Shown piece by piece: positions 40,425 through 52,449 of a stretch of 64,000 nucleotides of DNA. The first letter of the stretch is position 1; the number at the start of each line of letters is the position of its first letter. Below the pieces are notes generated by a model. It made no database searches. It worked only from the letters and a program-made list of their open reading frames with translations, and was not told the origin of the DNA. This DNA is from Octopus sinensis (lineage: Eukaryota), in NCBI RefSeq assembly GCF_006345805.1, contig NC_043000.1:74028001-74092000 (forward strand), read 5' to 3'. Made by a program: the position numbers and the translations under genes.

Positions 40425-40712
40425 ATACATTATATATACATATTTATATATAGAACACACACCCACACATACATTATATATACATATTTATATATAGAAC
40501 ACACACACACATACACACATACATTATATATACATATTTATATATAGAACACACACACACACATACATTATATATACATATTTATATATAGAACACACAC
40601 ACACATACACACATACATTATATATACATATTTATATATAGAACACACACACACACACATACATTATATATACATATATATATATAGAACACACACACAC
40701 ACACACACATAT
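40425..40712. repeat. Minisatellite of ~40-46 bp (acattatatatacatatttatatatagaacacacac...)
   Basis: About six consecutive units are visible. Confidence 0.85.
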
Positions 40713-41122
40713 AAATGAACGCAAGAATATCTGATTCATAATATTTGTTCTCATGCTCGTGTGTTGATTGTTGGTGACAGACGTATACTTAAAAGAACGC
40801 CGCCGAAGTGATAGGAAGGTAGGAAACAGAGTCAGTGAAAAAGAAAGGAAATATCAATAGTGACAGATACTTTAAATAACCGTAGTGGACTTCTGAAAGT
40901 TATGAAGAGGAGTAAGAGATGGAAAGGAGGAAATAGGGTGAGTGAGGAAGATGGCCCCTAGCAACCACACCTTTTAAGACAGGGATTTCTAAGGTAGCCC
41001 ACGCGCATCGTCACCTCATTCTACATGTCCCTGTAAATTTTGGAGCGAATCGGACGGGATGTAGTGGCATTGAAAGCGATCCAAGCGGTAAAAACGCATT
41101 TCAGTTTTATATATAGAATAGA

Positions 41123-41153
<31 letters not shown>

Positions 41154-41240
41154 ACTAATGTAGGATAAAATTTTTTCCGGGAAAAAAATTTTATCAATGG
41201 CCAGCATATCAAAAAATACCGATAAAGGTTAAATTTATAA

Positions 41241-41623
41241 ATAATTTACAAGATAAGGGCAAAAGAAAAATTCTGATGCCAAATATGCCGAAAAAAAAGA
41301 CAAAAATCGTCAATAACCATTATAATTTATGTGTCTCGAAACAAACCGATAGAAATTTCTAAAAAATCCGTTATTACCGTATTGGTCCAATTTCGGGGAT
41401 AATTCATAAGAATTTTCCCTTCTTCAGCGATAAATACGTGAGATGTAAGTGAAATACTTACTCATACCCACTCATACTTACTCGTATGAGTAATAACGGA
41501 TTTTTTAAGAAATTTCTATCGGTTTGTTTCGAGACGCATAAATTATAATGGTTATTGACAATTTTTGTCTTTTTTTCGGCATATTTGGCATTAGAATTTT
41601 TCTTTTGCCCTTATCTTGTAAAT

Positions 41624-41625
<2 letters not shown>
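41241..41625. repeat. ~135-bp inverted repeat enclosing a hammerhead (PLE pseudo-LTR-type)
   Basis: 41241-41376 is the reverse complement of 41490-41625. Confidence 0.85.
41374..41433 (-). ncRNA. Type I hammerhead ribozyme
   Basis: UUAUCG-CUGAAGA-AGGGAAAAUUC(UUAU)GAAUUAUCCCC-GAAA-UUGGACCAA-UA-CGGUAA. Confidence 0.8.
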
Positions 41626-41683
<58 letters not shown>

Positions 41684-42212
41684 GATTGAGGTTGATATGG
41701 TGTGTGTAATGATACCTACATCCATACATATCATTAGTTGTATGAGACAGGTTTATGTATGTGAGAGTGGGTAAGTATGTAGACACACACATACAAGATA
41801 TACTTAAAGCATGTATCGTCAGATTGCTATAAACTGACCACTCACTACAACAATATCATATTTCACTCCTCTTCCTCCGGTAATTAGAAGTAATTTACTA
41901 CACTTATCAGTATCAGAACTCCTTATCTCTCTATCTTAATCCTTTTGTCTTTACGATCACTTTGTATACTTTTATTTTTATTTTATTTTTGTACATTTTA
42001 CATTTTTACAATACATTTCTAGAATTGATGACCTTCTTTATATCTTTATATTTTTATATATTTATATTTATATTTTTTTTGGTGATTCCAACATCATTAA
42101 CATTTCCTTCTCTTCCCCTCTATTCTTCTTTTTCCTTTCCTTTCTCTAATACCAAATGTTCTTTTTCAGACCTTTCATAATGTGATACAAGTCTTTGGTG
42201 TAGCAATTGCAT

Positions 42213-42304
42213 GCGGCTGAAGAGGGCTTTAAACTATCTGTTATGTCGATTATACATTGATGTAAGAATAAGTTGTTTTATAAACCTCGAAACATGTGTA
42301 CCGC
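42213..42304 (+). ncRNA. Type I hammerhead ribozyme with long stem II
   Basis: GCGG-CUGAAGA-GGG...CUC-GAAAC-AUGU-GUA-CCGC. Confidence 0.85.
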
Positions 42305-42990
42305 GACATCCTTTGTGTTCTGTTTTTTATTTCATTTGATACATATATCCTCGCACCTCTGCTACTAGCTGGCATATACAGGTGCTTATACTTATCAAGT
42401 ATTCACCCTGAATTTATGTATATAAATTAGAATAACACAAATACACATGGAAATATTACATTCCTAAGAATCCATTAAAAATCAGCCCCAATCACTGCTA
42501 TAATCCATAACGTGCCAACTTTAAGTCATTCAACACCTCACTACTTTCACTCATTCATATTCTCCCTTCTCTTTCTTCTTCTTCTTCTCTTTCTTCTTCT
42601 TCTCCCTCTTCTTCTTCTCCCTCTTCTTCTTCTCCCCCTTCTCCTTCCTTCTCCTTCATAACTTTATCACTAATGCTTTTTAGTATAACTCCTACACAAA
42701 TTCTATAAACAAAACATTCAATAGAAATATTTTCATGAATTGAACAGCAACTGCTAGCCTCCACTGACCATTCAAAATACTACAATCATGGCACTCCAAA
42801 ATTCTTCTTCTTCTTCCTCTCCTCCTCCTCCTCCTCCTTCTTCTTCTTCTTCCCTAACCCACAAGAGTAAACAAGAGAGACAGAGACAGACAGAAACAAG
42901 GAAAATGCCACTTATATTTGAACACTATACAAATATTCTTTTAAAAAAACTTTTCTTTTAATTTTTCTAAATTTAATTGTTTAATTGGTA

Positions 42991-43026
42991 CAGTTGAAAA
43001 AGTCTCAATGACTGAAACCGGTACTG
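42991..43026 (+). ncRNA. Minimal hammerhead, U3-A8 core variant
   Basis: CAG-UUGAAAA-AGUC(UCAAU)GACU-GAAAC-CG-GUA-CUG. Confidence 0.75.
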
Positions 43027-43094
43027 AAATGTTCTTTATAAAATTATTTTAGCATTTTCTATTCTGACGTATTTTTTCATATATATATATATAT

Positions 43095-44130
43095 CATAAA
43101 CATCAACATCATCGTCATTAAACATCCACTTTCCATGCTGGCATGGGTTGGACGATTTGACTGGGAACTGGCCAGCCAGGAAGCTGCACCAGGCTCCAAT
43201 CTGATTTAGCAAGGTTTCTACAGCTGGATGCCTTTCCTAATGCCAACTACTCCAAGAGCGTAGTGGGTGCTTTTACGTTCCACCGACACAGGTGCCAGTC
43301 AGGTAGCACCAGCATCAGCCATGACTATGATTTCACTTAGTCCAACAGGTTTTCACAAGCATGGCATATTGCCCAATGATTGAAGGGTGCTTTTAAACAG
43401 GCCAGTTATGCAACACTGGCATCGGCCACAACTACGATATCACTTGGCTTGCCTGGTCTTCTCATGCACGACATATCTACAAAGGTCTCGGTTGCTTGTC
43501 ATTGCTTCTGTGGGGCCCAGTGTTCAAAGGTTGTGCTTCATCACTTCATCCCATGTCTCCCTGAGTCTTCTGCTTCCACAGATTCCATACCAGCACAGTT
43601 GTCTCTCTTGCACACCACATCTGATGCTTCTTATGTCCAACTTCTTTCTCAGAGTGCTTACACTCTGTCATGTATGCACACTGACATTACACATCCAGCA
43701 GAGCATACTAGCTTCATTTCTTTCAAGCCTAGGCATGTCCTCAGCAGTCACAGCCCATGTTTCACTGCTGAGTGGCATGGCTGTTCACACACAGACATTA
43801 TACAGTCTACCTTTCAACCTGAGTGAGAGGCCTTTTTTTACCAGCAGAGGTAGGAGCTCTCTGAACTTTTCCCAAGCTCTTCTTATTCTAGCAGCTGTAC
43901 TCACAGAGCATCTACCCATGCTACTGATTTGGTCACCTAGATGATGGAAGCTATCAACTACTTCTAGTTTCCCTCCCCAACATGTGATGGAATCTGTTTT
44001 CTGTACATCTTCGATGTTTATTGCACCTGTGCATCTGCTATACACAAAAACTATTTTCCCAGTCAGCCTTCCTTTGATATTACTGCACCTTTTATATGTC
44101 CATAGCTTACTTTGGGTTCATTTTATGAAG
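43095..44130 (-). mobile_element. RTE-type LINE 3' fragment (RT C-terminus, 3' UTR, tail)
   Basis: ORF 43785-44045 'LEVVDSFHHLGDQI..ARIRRAWEKFRELLPLL..KGRLYN'. Degenerate (CAT)n tail at 43095. Confidence 0.85.
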
Positions 44131-44230
44131 TTTCTACCTACACCTTTTCTATAGATTGAGCAGGGCCATCTACCCGAAGTGATTTATAATTTGTCTGCCC
44201 TTTGATTCTAGACCTTGCTTCCACTATATA

Positions 44231-44263
<33 letters not shown>

Positions 44264-44276
44264 ACACACACACACA

Positions 44277-44314
<38 letters not shown>

Positions 44315-44350
44315 ACACACACACACAACACACACACACACACATATATA

Positions 44351-44399
<49 letters not shown>

Positions 44400-45055
44400 G
44401 ACATATAATTATATAGATATAATTATAATTAGGGGTACTAAGAAACAGCACCCACATGCCAGAGACAGACATTAAATGACTCCAAAACCAACTTCAAGTT
44501 ACGAGATGAATAATTGGATTTGCCTCATAAGGAAAAAAAGTAACTTTGCTATTATGTATGACAATATGAATAAGGACCTGTGCAAAGAAATAAAAAAGTT
44601 TGACGATGTACAAGGGGGGCATTGCTGCCTGTTGTTGAACGAGGAGCAGAGGGAAAAGTGTTAAAATTCAAAGGAGGATTTGAAATGTGGGAAGTTGGAC
44701 TAGACACCCAAAAATTACCATGGAACATAGGTTACATGCAATTACTAAAGGAGTAAGGTTTTGACATCTTGAAAGGCACCAAGTACAAAAAGAAAAAATG
44801 AACAAAGGTAAAATTGAAATGACTCAGAGGTGGGGCTGAGAATACTTCATTTCATCTCTCATTTTCATTTTGTCATTCATTGCAACATGCACTTTCGTTC
44901 TTTTTTTTAATTTGTTATATGTCCCCACATGTCCTTGTATTGTCCCCTCTATATCGGCCCCTTGTGGGTAATAAAAAAAATCGATTCTTTCAGCTGGTTG
45001 GTATATAATTGTATAATTGTATTTCTCTATTTGTTTTTTGTATATTGTGTGAAAA

Positions 45056-45136
45056 CATCCTGATGAGGGGAATGTCAGTTTTAAAAATATGAAATATATC
45101 ATATTATTGGTACATCTCTGAAACAGCCCGCAGATG
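45056..45136 (+). ncRNA. Hammerhead ribozyme, probably inactivated
   Basis: CAUC-CUGAUGA-GGGGAAUGU...ACAUCUCU-GAAAC-AGCCC-GCA-GAUG. The cleavage triplet reads GCA instead of GUH. Confidence 0.6.
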
Positions 45137-45452
45137 GAATTTTCATATTTTTGTATTATTTTCATGGTCTTTAGTACATCCTTTTAATGTTTTATCATCT
45201 CAAATTTTTAATACACCAATGTATTATAACTTCTAAATGTAAATTGACTGTGTTTTGTGTATCACATCGATATTTATCTATTTATATGTATTTTTATATT
45301 TATATATTTGGAATTTTTATATCCATTTTGTAAATGTAGAAGAATATATGCATATATTTGATTTCCGAGTGTGGTTATTAATTATGTTCCTCTAGTTTCC
45401 GCTTGCATTGCCTCCATTGAAATTATTAAGTAGCATATATATATATATATAT

Positions 45453-48112
45453 AGGGAAGCTTTATGAAAATAGACAAAAGACGAAGGCGGGTGGAAAACA
45501 AACAAACAATTGTATTAGTATGGCGTTCAGGAAATATAAATAAAACAAGTCTTTAACGTTTCGAGCCTACGCTCTTCAACAGAAAGATACACAGAGAAAA
45601 AAAAACACAGAAAGAAGGAGAGAAAAAAATATGCGTGCAGTAACTAACGAATCAACATGGCGATCTGATTTCGGCCAGAAGTCAAAGATCAAACATGAGA
45701 CGCGAGAGCGAAATTAGGGGAGATAATAGGGTTGAATGACCTACTCCAACATAAGGGTGTGTGTGTGTGTATGAGAGAGTATTAGTGCGTATGAGAGGTC
45801 TGGACGTGTGTATGTATATATGATGTGATGTGTAAAGTCGTGTGGTGTAGTGTGGAGAGAGGAGAAGAGGGGGATGGGGAAGAGGAGGGGAGGAGGGGGG
45901 AGATAGGAGCAAGGGGAGATGGAAGGGGAGGAGGAAGGGGAGGAGGAAGGAGGAAAGAGGGAGAGGGGGAGAGAGAAGGGGAGTGAGGGAGCAGAGGGAA
46001 GGGGAAGAGGGAAAGAGGGAGGGAGAAAGAGGGGGAGGAGGAAGGAGGAAAGAGGGAGAGGGGGAGAGAGAATGGGAGTGAGGGAGCAGAGGGAAGGGGA
46101 AGAGGGAAGGAGGAGGGATAAAGAGGGAAGGAGGGAGAGAGGGAAGGGGAAGGAGGGAGGGAGGAAGAGGGAAGAAGGGAGAAGGAGGGAGAAAGAGGGA
46201 AGAAGGGAAGGGGAGTAGGGGTGAAAGGACTGAAGAGAAGTAGGGGTCGGGGGGAGGTAGGTGAGGAGGGGGAGGGGGAATTGGGGTTAGATGAGGAGAG
46301 GGGAGAGTTGAGACCAAATGGCGTATAAGAGCGAAGAGAGAAGATTAATTCCTGTTCACGGCGCAAACGGGAATCCGGATGGCCTCTGTGTAAGGACAAA
46401 CCGAACACAGACAGGTGTTGCAAGGAGTGACCGGTGGAGCGGAAATGGCGTGAGACCGGTGTGTCGTTCGCAAGGTGGATGTCACGAAGGTGTTCCACGA
46501 ACTGGTCAGCCAAGCGGCGTCCCGTTTGTCCGATGTACAAGGAATGGCAGAGAGAGCAAAAGACGCAATAGATAATATTGCTGGAGGTGCAGGTGAAGGA
46601 GTTGATGATGCGATAGGGTCGATGATGGGTGCTAGTGAGGAGGGTGGTGTTGGAGAGGTAAGGGCAAGTGCGGCAACGTGGGCGGGAGCAGGGGACCGAG
46701 CCGGGTTGGGAGGTAGGGTCAGGGAAGGAGCTATGGACTAAAAGGTCTCGAAGGTTGTGGGCTCGTTTGAAAGAGGGGAGGGGTCGGTTAGGGAAGAGGT
46801 GTGAAGTGGATGGGTCGGACTGGAGATGACGGAAAGCTCGAATAATGGTGCGTTGGAGAGGTAGGGTCGTGGGGTGGTAAGTGAGGGGAAAAGGGAGGCG
46901 GGAGACTACAGGGCAGGTTCGGGGAGAGAGAGAAGATACACGGTCCACGGACCGTGCTCTGGCAAGGGTGGTGTGGATAGTGGTGAGGGGCATCCACGTA
47001 GGGTGAAGTGGTGAGCCATACGTTGAGACTGAGTCTCAAAGTCGTGGTCGTCACTACAGAGCCTACGTAGACGGAGGAATTGGGAATAGGGGATGGAAAG
47101 CTTGGTGTGTTCTGGGTGGGAGGAAGAGAAGTTGAGGTATGAGTGTGAGTCTGTGTGTTTGTAGTGAATGGAGGTGGTAAGAGTGGAGTGAAGAATGCTA
47201 ACCGAAATGTCGAGGAAGGAGACAGAGGTGTTGGAGATAGTGGAAGTGAAGTGGAGGGCTGGATGGAAAGATTGGACGAAAGAGAGGAAGGAATCTAGAT
47301 GTTCACGGGAGAGTGAGGTGGCACCGATAATGTCGTCAATGTAACGACCATATAGTTCAGGAGTGGGACCAGTGAAAGTAGAGAATATTTGGGCCTCAAC
47401 ATAGCCAACGAACAGGTTCGCATAGTTGGGGCTCATTCGCGTTCCCATGGCCACTCCCGAGACCTGATGGTAGAACTCGCCCGTGAACGAGAAGCAGTTC
47501 AGAGTAAGGACAAGTTCGGCCAGACGAATGAGTGTGGAGGTGTCAGGTTCAGGGTTGGAGCGGAGGTCAAGAAAGTGTTGAAGGGCCCGCAGTCCTTCGT
47601 GGTGAGGGATAACAATATAGAGGCTTTCGATGTCCATAGTAAAAAGGATTTTGGAGGAGCCGGGAGGAAAGGAGAAAGAGTTGAAAAGCCGGAGAGCATG
47701 GTTGGTATCGTGGATGTGGGAGGGAAGAGATGCCTCTAGGGGGGCAAGGACACGGTCGAGGTATTTAGAGATGAGCTCCGTGGGGCAGTTACAGGCGGAG
47801 ACGATGGGGCGGCCAGGGTTGTTGGGTTTGTGGATTTTTGGGGAGGAAGTAAATGGTGGGGGTACGTGGGTTGGATGCGGTGTGGGGGAGACGGGAGGAC
47901 GAGATGAGGTCGCGGACAGTAGAGGATACCGTCTGTTGGTAGCTACGTGTGGGGTTAGAGGGAAGAGGGGAGTAGAAGGAGGTGTCATTGAGTTGGCGGA
48001 AAGCCCCGGCCCTATAGAGGTCCGCGCGCCACACCACTACAGCCCCACCCTTGTCAGCCGGTTTGATGATAATGCCAGCGCGCCGTTGGAGGGAACGAAG
48101 AGCCAAGAGCTC
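45453..48112 (-). mobile_element. GC-rich Penelope-like (Neptune-like) element, 5'-truncated and frameshifted
   Basis: Motifs 'IIKPADKGGAVVV', 'PKIHK..PGRPIVS', 'TMDIESLY', 'GVAMGT', 'RYIDD', linker 'CSRPRCRTC', 'IIYC..C..C..YIGQTGR'. Long pyrimidine tract in the 3' UTR. Confidence 0.93.
45550..45587 (-). ncRNA. Minimal hammerhead-like variant at the 3' end of the adjacent PLE
   Basis: UCUUU-CUGUUGAA-GAGC(GUAG)GCUC-GAAAC-GUU-AAAGA. Confidence 0.6.
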
Positions 48113-48145
48113 ATACATGCACATACATATATATGAATGTATATG

Positions 48146-48184
<39 letters not shown>

Positions 48185-48959
48185 TATTACGACAATAAAT
48201 TCATTTTAAGAATCTGAGTTGTCAAATAATACTCAGCGGTAGCCAAAAATAAGAAAGAAGCTAAAAAGGTATTACGATTACATAGGTACAGATTTAAAAA
48301 ATTATTTTTTGTAACTAAACACTTTCAAACTTCGGACACTGGTAGAATGTGCCATATAAAACATCTTTTACTCTTAGCATTTTTGAGAAAAACTTATATT
48401 TACGAAGTTATTTCACGTTAGAGTTCTCGTATTTCGGTAATTTATTTGATACTATATAACTACGAATTGATTATTTCTTTAAGTATTTTAAATATAAGAT
48501 TTTTGAAAGTTATTATTTAGCCAACTAGATATAAAGATAGATAATTTGCTATAGCGTTCGTTTAAGATTGTTTATTTGTATTTTTGAAATTAGCTATTTC
48601 ATCTTTAAATATGAAAAATTAATTTATTAGGTCTTTATTATATGTGCGTATATATTTATTTATAGAGATTATTTTAGATCTTAATTATAATATTTATATA
48701 CATTTATATATTTTCATTGATAATTTATATATTATTTAAATTTTATATTTTAATAATATGAATAGTCATTTTTCTGTAAAAATTAATACTTAAAAATCAA
48801 AATTAATATTTAACATTATAATCGTTGTTTTGACATAATCATAATCGTTAAGTTTCTAGTTTGATAATAGAGTTTTTTATAAGAAAATTTATTATATTAT
48901 TTATTTCTTAAAAAATATCGTTTAAATATTTCTGATTATTTATTAAAATATTACAATTA

Positions 48960-49057
48960 ACCTGAAGATTGACTGTAACCATAATTCGAATTATTAATTG
49001 AATTTAAATTATTGTTATTATTATTCGAATTGGTAACGGACATGAAACGATCGTAGT
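48960..49057 (+). ncRNA. Hammerhead with long AT-rich stem II in a PLE 3'-end fragment (48440-49380)
   Basis: AC-CUGAAGA-UUGACUGUAACCAUAAUUCGAAU...AUUCGAAUUGGUAACGGACAU-GAAAC-GAUC-GUA-GU. Confidence 0.6.
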
Positions 49058-49144
49058 GTTTTACTCTTTATCTTATATTAAACTTTTAATACTTTTTGAT
49101 AGTTTAAAATTAAAAAAAAAAATTTTAAAATAAATAAAATAATA

Positions 49145-49187
<43 letters not shown>

Positions 49188-49407
49188 AAATTTATAAGTT
49201 TAATTTATTAATTTAAATAATTTTTAAAAATTTAAACTTTAATTTAAATATTTTAATTCGATTTTTATATTTTATATTTTATATTTTTTATATTTTTTAA
49301 TAAATTTTATTTCTATGTATTGGCTTATGATTTTCACTGTTTGATTTGCCTAATAGTGGTTTTATCTCTAATTTAATATAATATATATGTGTATATATAT
49401 ATATATA

Positions 49408-49739
49408 AACAATTGCAGCGTGGAAGGTGTTTATAAGCCATTTAAGAAACACACAAAAGCCGTTCGATTCACTTCAACATTTAAGTTTAATTTGTCAAAA
49501 TATTTTCGTCGCTAAAATCCGCGACCTGTTCACTGATGCAGCACGGATTTTTGTTAGTAAACAGGTCGCGGATTTTAGCGACGAAAATATTTTGACAAAT
49601 TAAACTTAAATGTTGAAATGAATCGAACGGCTTTTGTGTGTTTCTTAAATGGCTTATAAACACCTTCCACGCTGCAATTGTTTTCGTTTCAGCACACGAT
49701 CTCAGATCAAATTACTTGCTATGCGAGTACATCTCCGTA

Positions 49740-49740
<1 letters not shown>
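49408..49740. repeat. Palindromic pseudo-LTR pair with G3-C8 hammerhead variants (49492-49536 minus, 49551-49598 plus)
   Basis: 49408-49536 is the reverse complement of about 49553-49683. A third copy lies at 50999-51145. Confidence 0.85.
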
Positions 49741-49777
<37 letters not shown>

Positions 49778-49928
49778 AATTAAGGACTGAACACGAAAAG
49801 TGGACAGTCAACATGCTAGATATAGACGTCAAATCGCCATTCACCACAAAAGATTATGTTCTCAGATCAAACTCAGCACAAAACCATAGCAATAAACAAG
49901 TGAAAAATATACGAAATAAAATAATTAC

Positions 49929-49992
49929 CCATGTACTAATTAGTTTCGGCTGTTATTTTCCGCAAGGAAAACTGCAGCCATCATCAGCATGG
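49929..49992 (-). ncRNA. Type I hammerhead ribozyme
   Basis: CCAUG-CUGAUGA-U-GGCUG..UUUUCC(UUGC)GGAAAA..CAGCC-GAAAC-UAAUUA-GUA-CAUGG. Confidence 0.9.
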
Positions 49993-50628
49993 TCCGTTAT
50001 AAATGCAATTTGCTGGACTAGATGCAAACACGATACCGAAATATCGCGTGCATGGAGTTCAGCCTATTACATTCGAATATATCTTTCAAATGCCTTTACT
50101 TTGGCGCGTTGAGGCCCGAGAAAACTAGCCTGCAGCTAATAATTAGCAGCAGTCAATTTATCGGTTAGAGAACATATTTATTTATATAAAATTAATTAAG
50201 GGTAGAAATTGATATTTATCAATTGCTATGGTTTTGTGCTGAGTTTGATCTGAGAACATAATCTTTTGTGGTGAATGGCGATTTGACGTCTATATCTAGC
50301 ATGTTGACTGTCCACTTTTCGTGTTCAGTCCTTAATTGGTATATATAAATAGTTTAATCTTCGGATTCTTTTTTAATATGCTAGACCACTGGTCTTAATT
50401 GATAAATATCAATTTCTACCCTTAATTAATTTTATATAAATAAATATGTTCTCTAACCGATAAATTGACTGCTGCAAATTACTAGCTGCAGGCTAGTTTT
50501 CTCGGGCCTCAACGCGCCAAAGTAAAGGCATTTGAAAGATATATTCGAATGTAATAGGCTGAACTCCATGCACGCGATATTTCGGTATCGTGTTTGCATC
50601 TAGTCCAGCAAATTGCATTTATAACGGA

Positions 50629-50692
50629 CCATGCTGATGATGGCTGCAATTTTCCTTGCGGAAAATAACAGCCGAAACTAATTAGTACATGG
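50629..50692 (+). ncRNA. Type I hammerhead ribozyme
   Basis: Same motif as 49929-49992 in the opposite orientation. Confidence 0.9.
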
Positions 50693-50931
50693 GTAATTAT
50701 TTTATTTCGTATATTTTTCACTTGTTTATTGCTATGATTTTGTGCTGAGTTTGATCTGAGAACATAATCTTTTGTGGTGAATGGCGATTTGACGTCTATA
50801 TCTAGCATGTTGACTGTCCACTTTTCGTGTTCAGTCCTTAATTGGTATATATAAATAGTTTAATCTTCGGATTCTTTTTTAATATGCTAGACCACTGGTC
50901 TTAATTGATAAATATCAATTTCTACCCTTAA

Positions 50932-51003
<72 letters not shown>

Positions 51004-51080
51004 TGCAGCGTGGAAGGGTTTATAAGCCATTTAAGAAACACACAAAAGCCGTTCGATTCACTTCAACATTTAAGTTTAAT

Positions 51081-51128
51081 TTGTCAAAATATTTTCGTCG
51101 CTAAAATCCGCGACCTGTTCACTGACAA
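51081..51128 (-). ncRNA. Hammerhead, G3-C8 core variant
   Basis: UUGUCA-GUGAACA-G-GUCGC(GGAUUUUA)GCGAC-GAAA-AUAU-UU-UGACAA. Confidence 0.7.
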
Positions 51129-51879
51129 AAATCCGTGCTGCATCTGAGAAAGTAACAGTTAGTTCGTCATATATATGTACGTATGTATGTGTGTATGTAT
51201 GCATACATGTGTGTATGTATGTATGTACGTACATACGCCTGTGTATGCATGTATGTATGTATGTATGTATATATGTATGTGTGTGTATATGCACGCACAT
51301 ACACACTATAAACATAAAGCTATAAACCTGTGGCGATGGATAGATGTAGAGTGACCACTCATCACAATAATATCAAATTTCAACTTCCTCCCGCCGAAAC
51401 CTGGAAGTGATTTATGACCCTTACTCCCAAAACTATACCATAAATCCTATTATCAGATATTTATCTCTATATCACAGAAATTTTTGTTTTACTATTGTGC
51501 GTATGTATGTATGTATGTGCGTATGTATGTATGTATGTGCGTATGTATGTATGTATGTATGTATGTATGTATGTATGTATGTATGTATGTATGTATGTAT
51601 GTACGTGTGTATGTACATACGTACGCATGTGCGTATGTATATGCGCACGTATGCATGTGCCCATGTATGTGTGTGCGTATGTACGTGTGTATGCCCATAC
51701 GTCGGTATGTATGTATGTTTGTACTCATGTGCTACGTATGTATGTGAGTGTCTAGGAGAATGGGCAGACGTGTCTGTGAGAGTGTGTACATGTGTATGTG
51801 TATGTGAACGTATGTCCGTGTACTGGCATGTGTCCGTCCAAGTTGTGTACATGACTGTTACTTTGTTGAAGATTAGTGA

Positions 51880-52210
51880 GGGCACGTGGCTTAGTGGTTA
51901 GGGCATTCGGCTCATGATCGTAAGGTTGTGAGTTCGATTCCCGGCGACGCGTTGTGTCCTTGAGCAAGACACTTTATTTCACGTTGCTCCAGTCCACTCA
52001 GCTGGCAAAAATGAGTTGTACTTGTATTTCAAAGGGTCAGCCTTGTCACTCTCTGTGTCACGCTGATTATCCCCGAGAACTACGTTAAGGGTACACGTGT
52101 CTGTGGAATGCTCAGCCATTTGCACGTTAATTTCACGAGCAAGCTGTTCCGTTGATCGTATCAGCTGGGACCCTCGTCGTCGTAACCGGCGGAGTCTTTT
52201 TTTTTTTTTG
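51880..52210 (+). mobile_element. tRNA-derived SINE
   Basis: Pol III A box 'tggcttagtgg' and B box 'gagttcgattcc', followed by 'gtgtccttgagcaagacactt'. Confidence 0.8.
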
Positions 52211-52449
52211 TTGAAGGTTGTATACATATTCACATATATGTTTGTATAGACGCACACACATATATATATATATGTGGGTGTGTGTTTGTTCCTCTCATCA
52301 CCGTCTAACTGTGAATGGATACAACACCTAAGTGCAACTGTACGTATCAAATAACGTACACTCATACGGTTATATATAACTGCACATACGCATTGCAACC
52401 TGTATGTAAGGACTACAAGTAAACGAGAGAGAGAGGGGGGGGGTATAGA

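Larger units (their letters stand above)
49770..50937. mobile_element. Retrozyme-like element: 506-bp unit (1.4 tandem copies, +) preceded by an inverted partial copy
   Basis: 'gctatg.ttttgtgctgag' at 50225 and 50731 gives the period. 49770-50223 is the reverse complement of about 50398-50852. Flanked by (TA)n. Confidence 0.8.

Noticed and set aside
45682-46317. Pro/Leu/Ser-rich 211-aa ORF
   Set aside because: It is a polypyrimidine low-complexity tract in the PLE 3' UTR.
49813-50112. Identical 99-aa ORF present twice (also 50509-50808)
   Set aside because: It arises from the inverted duplication, is antisense to the ribozyme, and has no recognisable domain.
51880-51950. tRNA-like sequence (also at 57630-57700)
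   Set aside because: It is a SINE head: no complete acceptor stem, and it continues into a SINE body.
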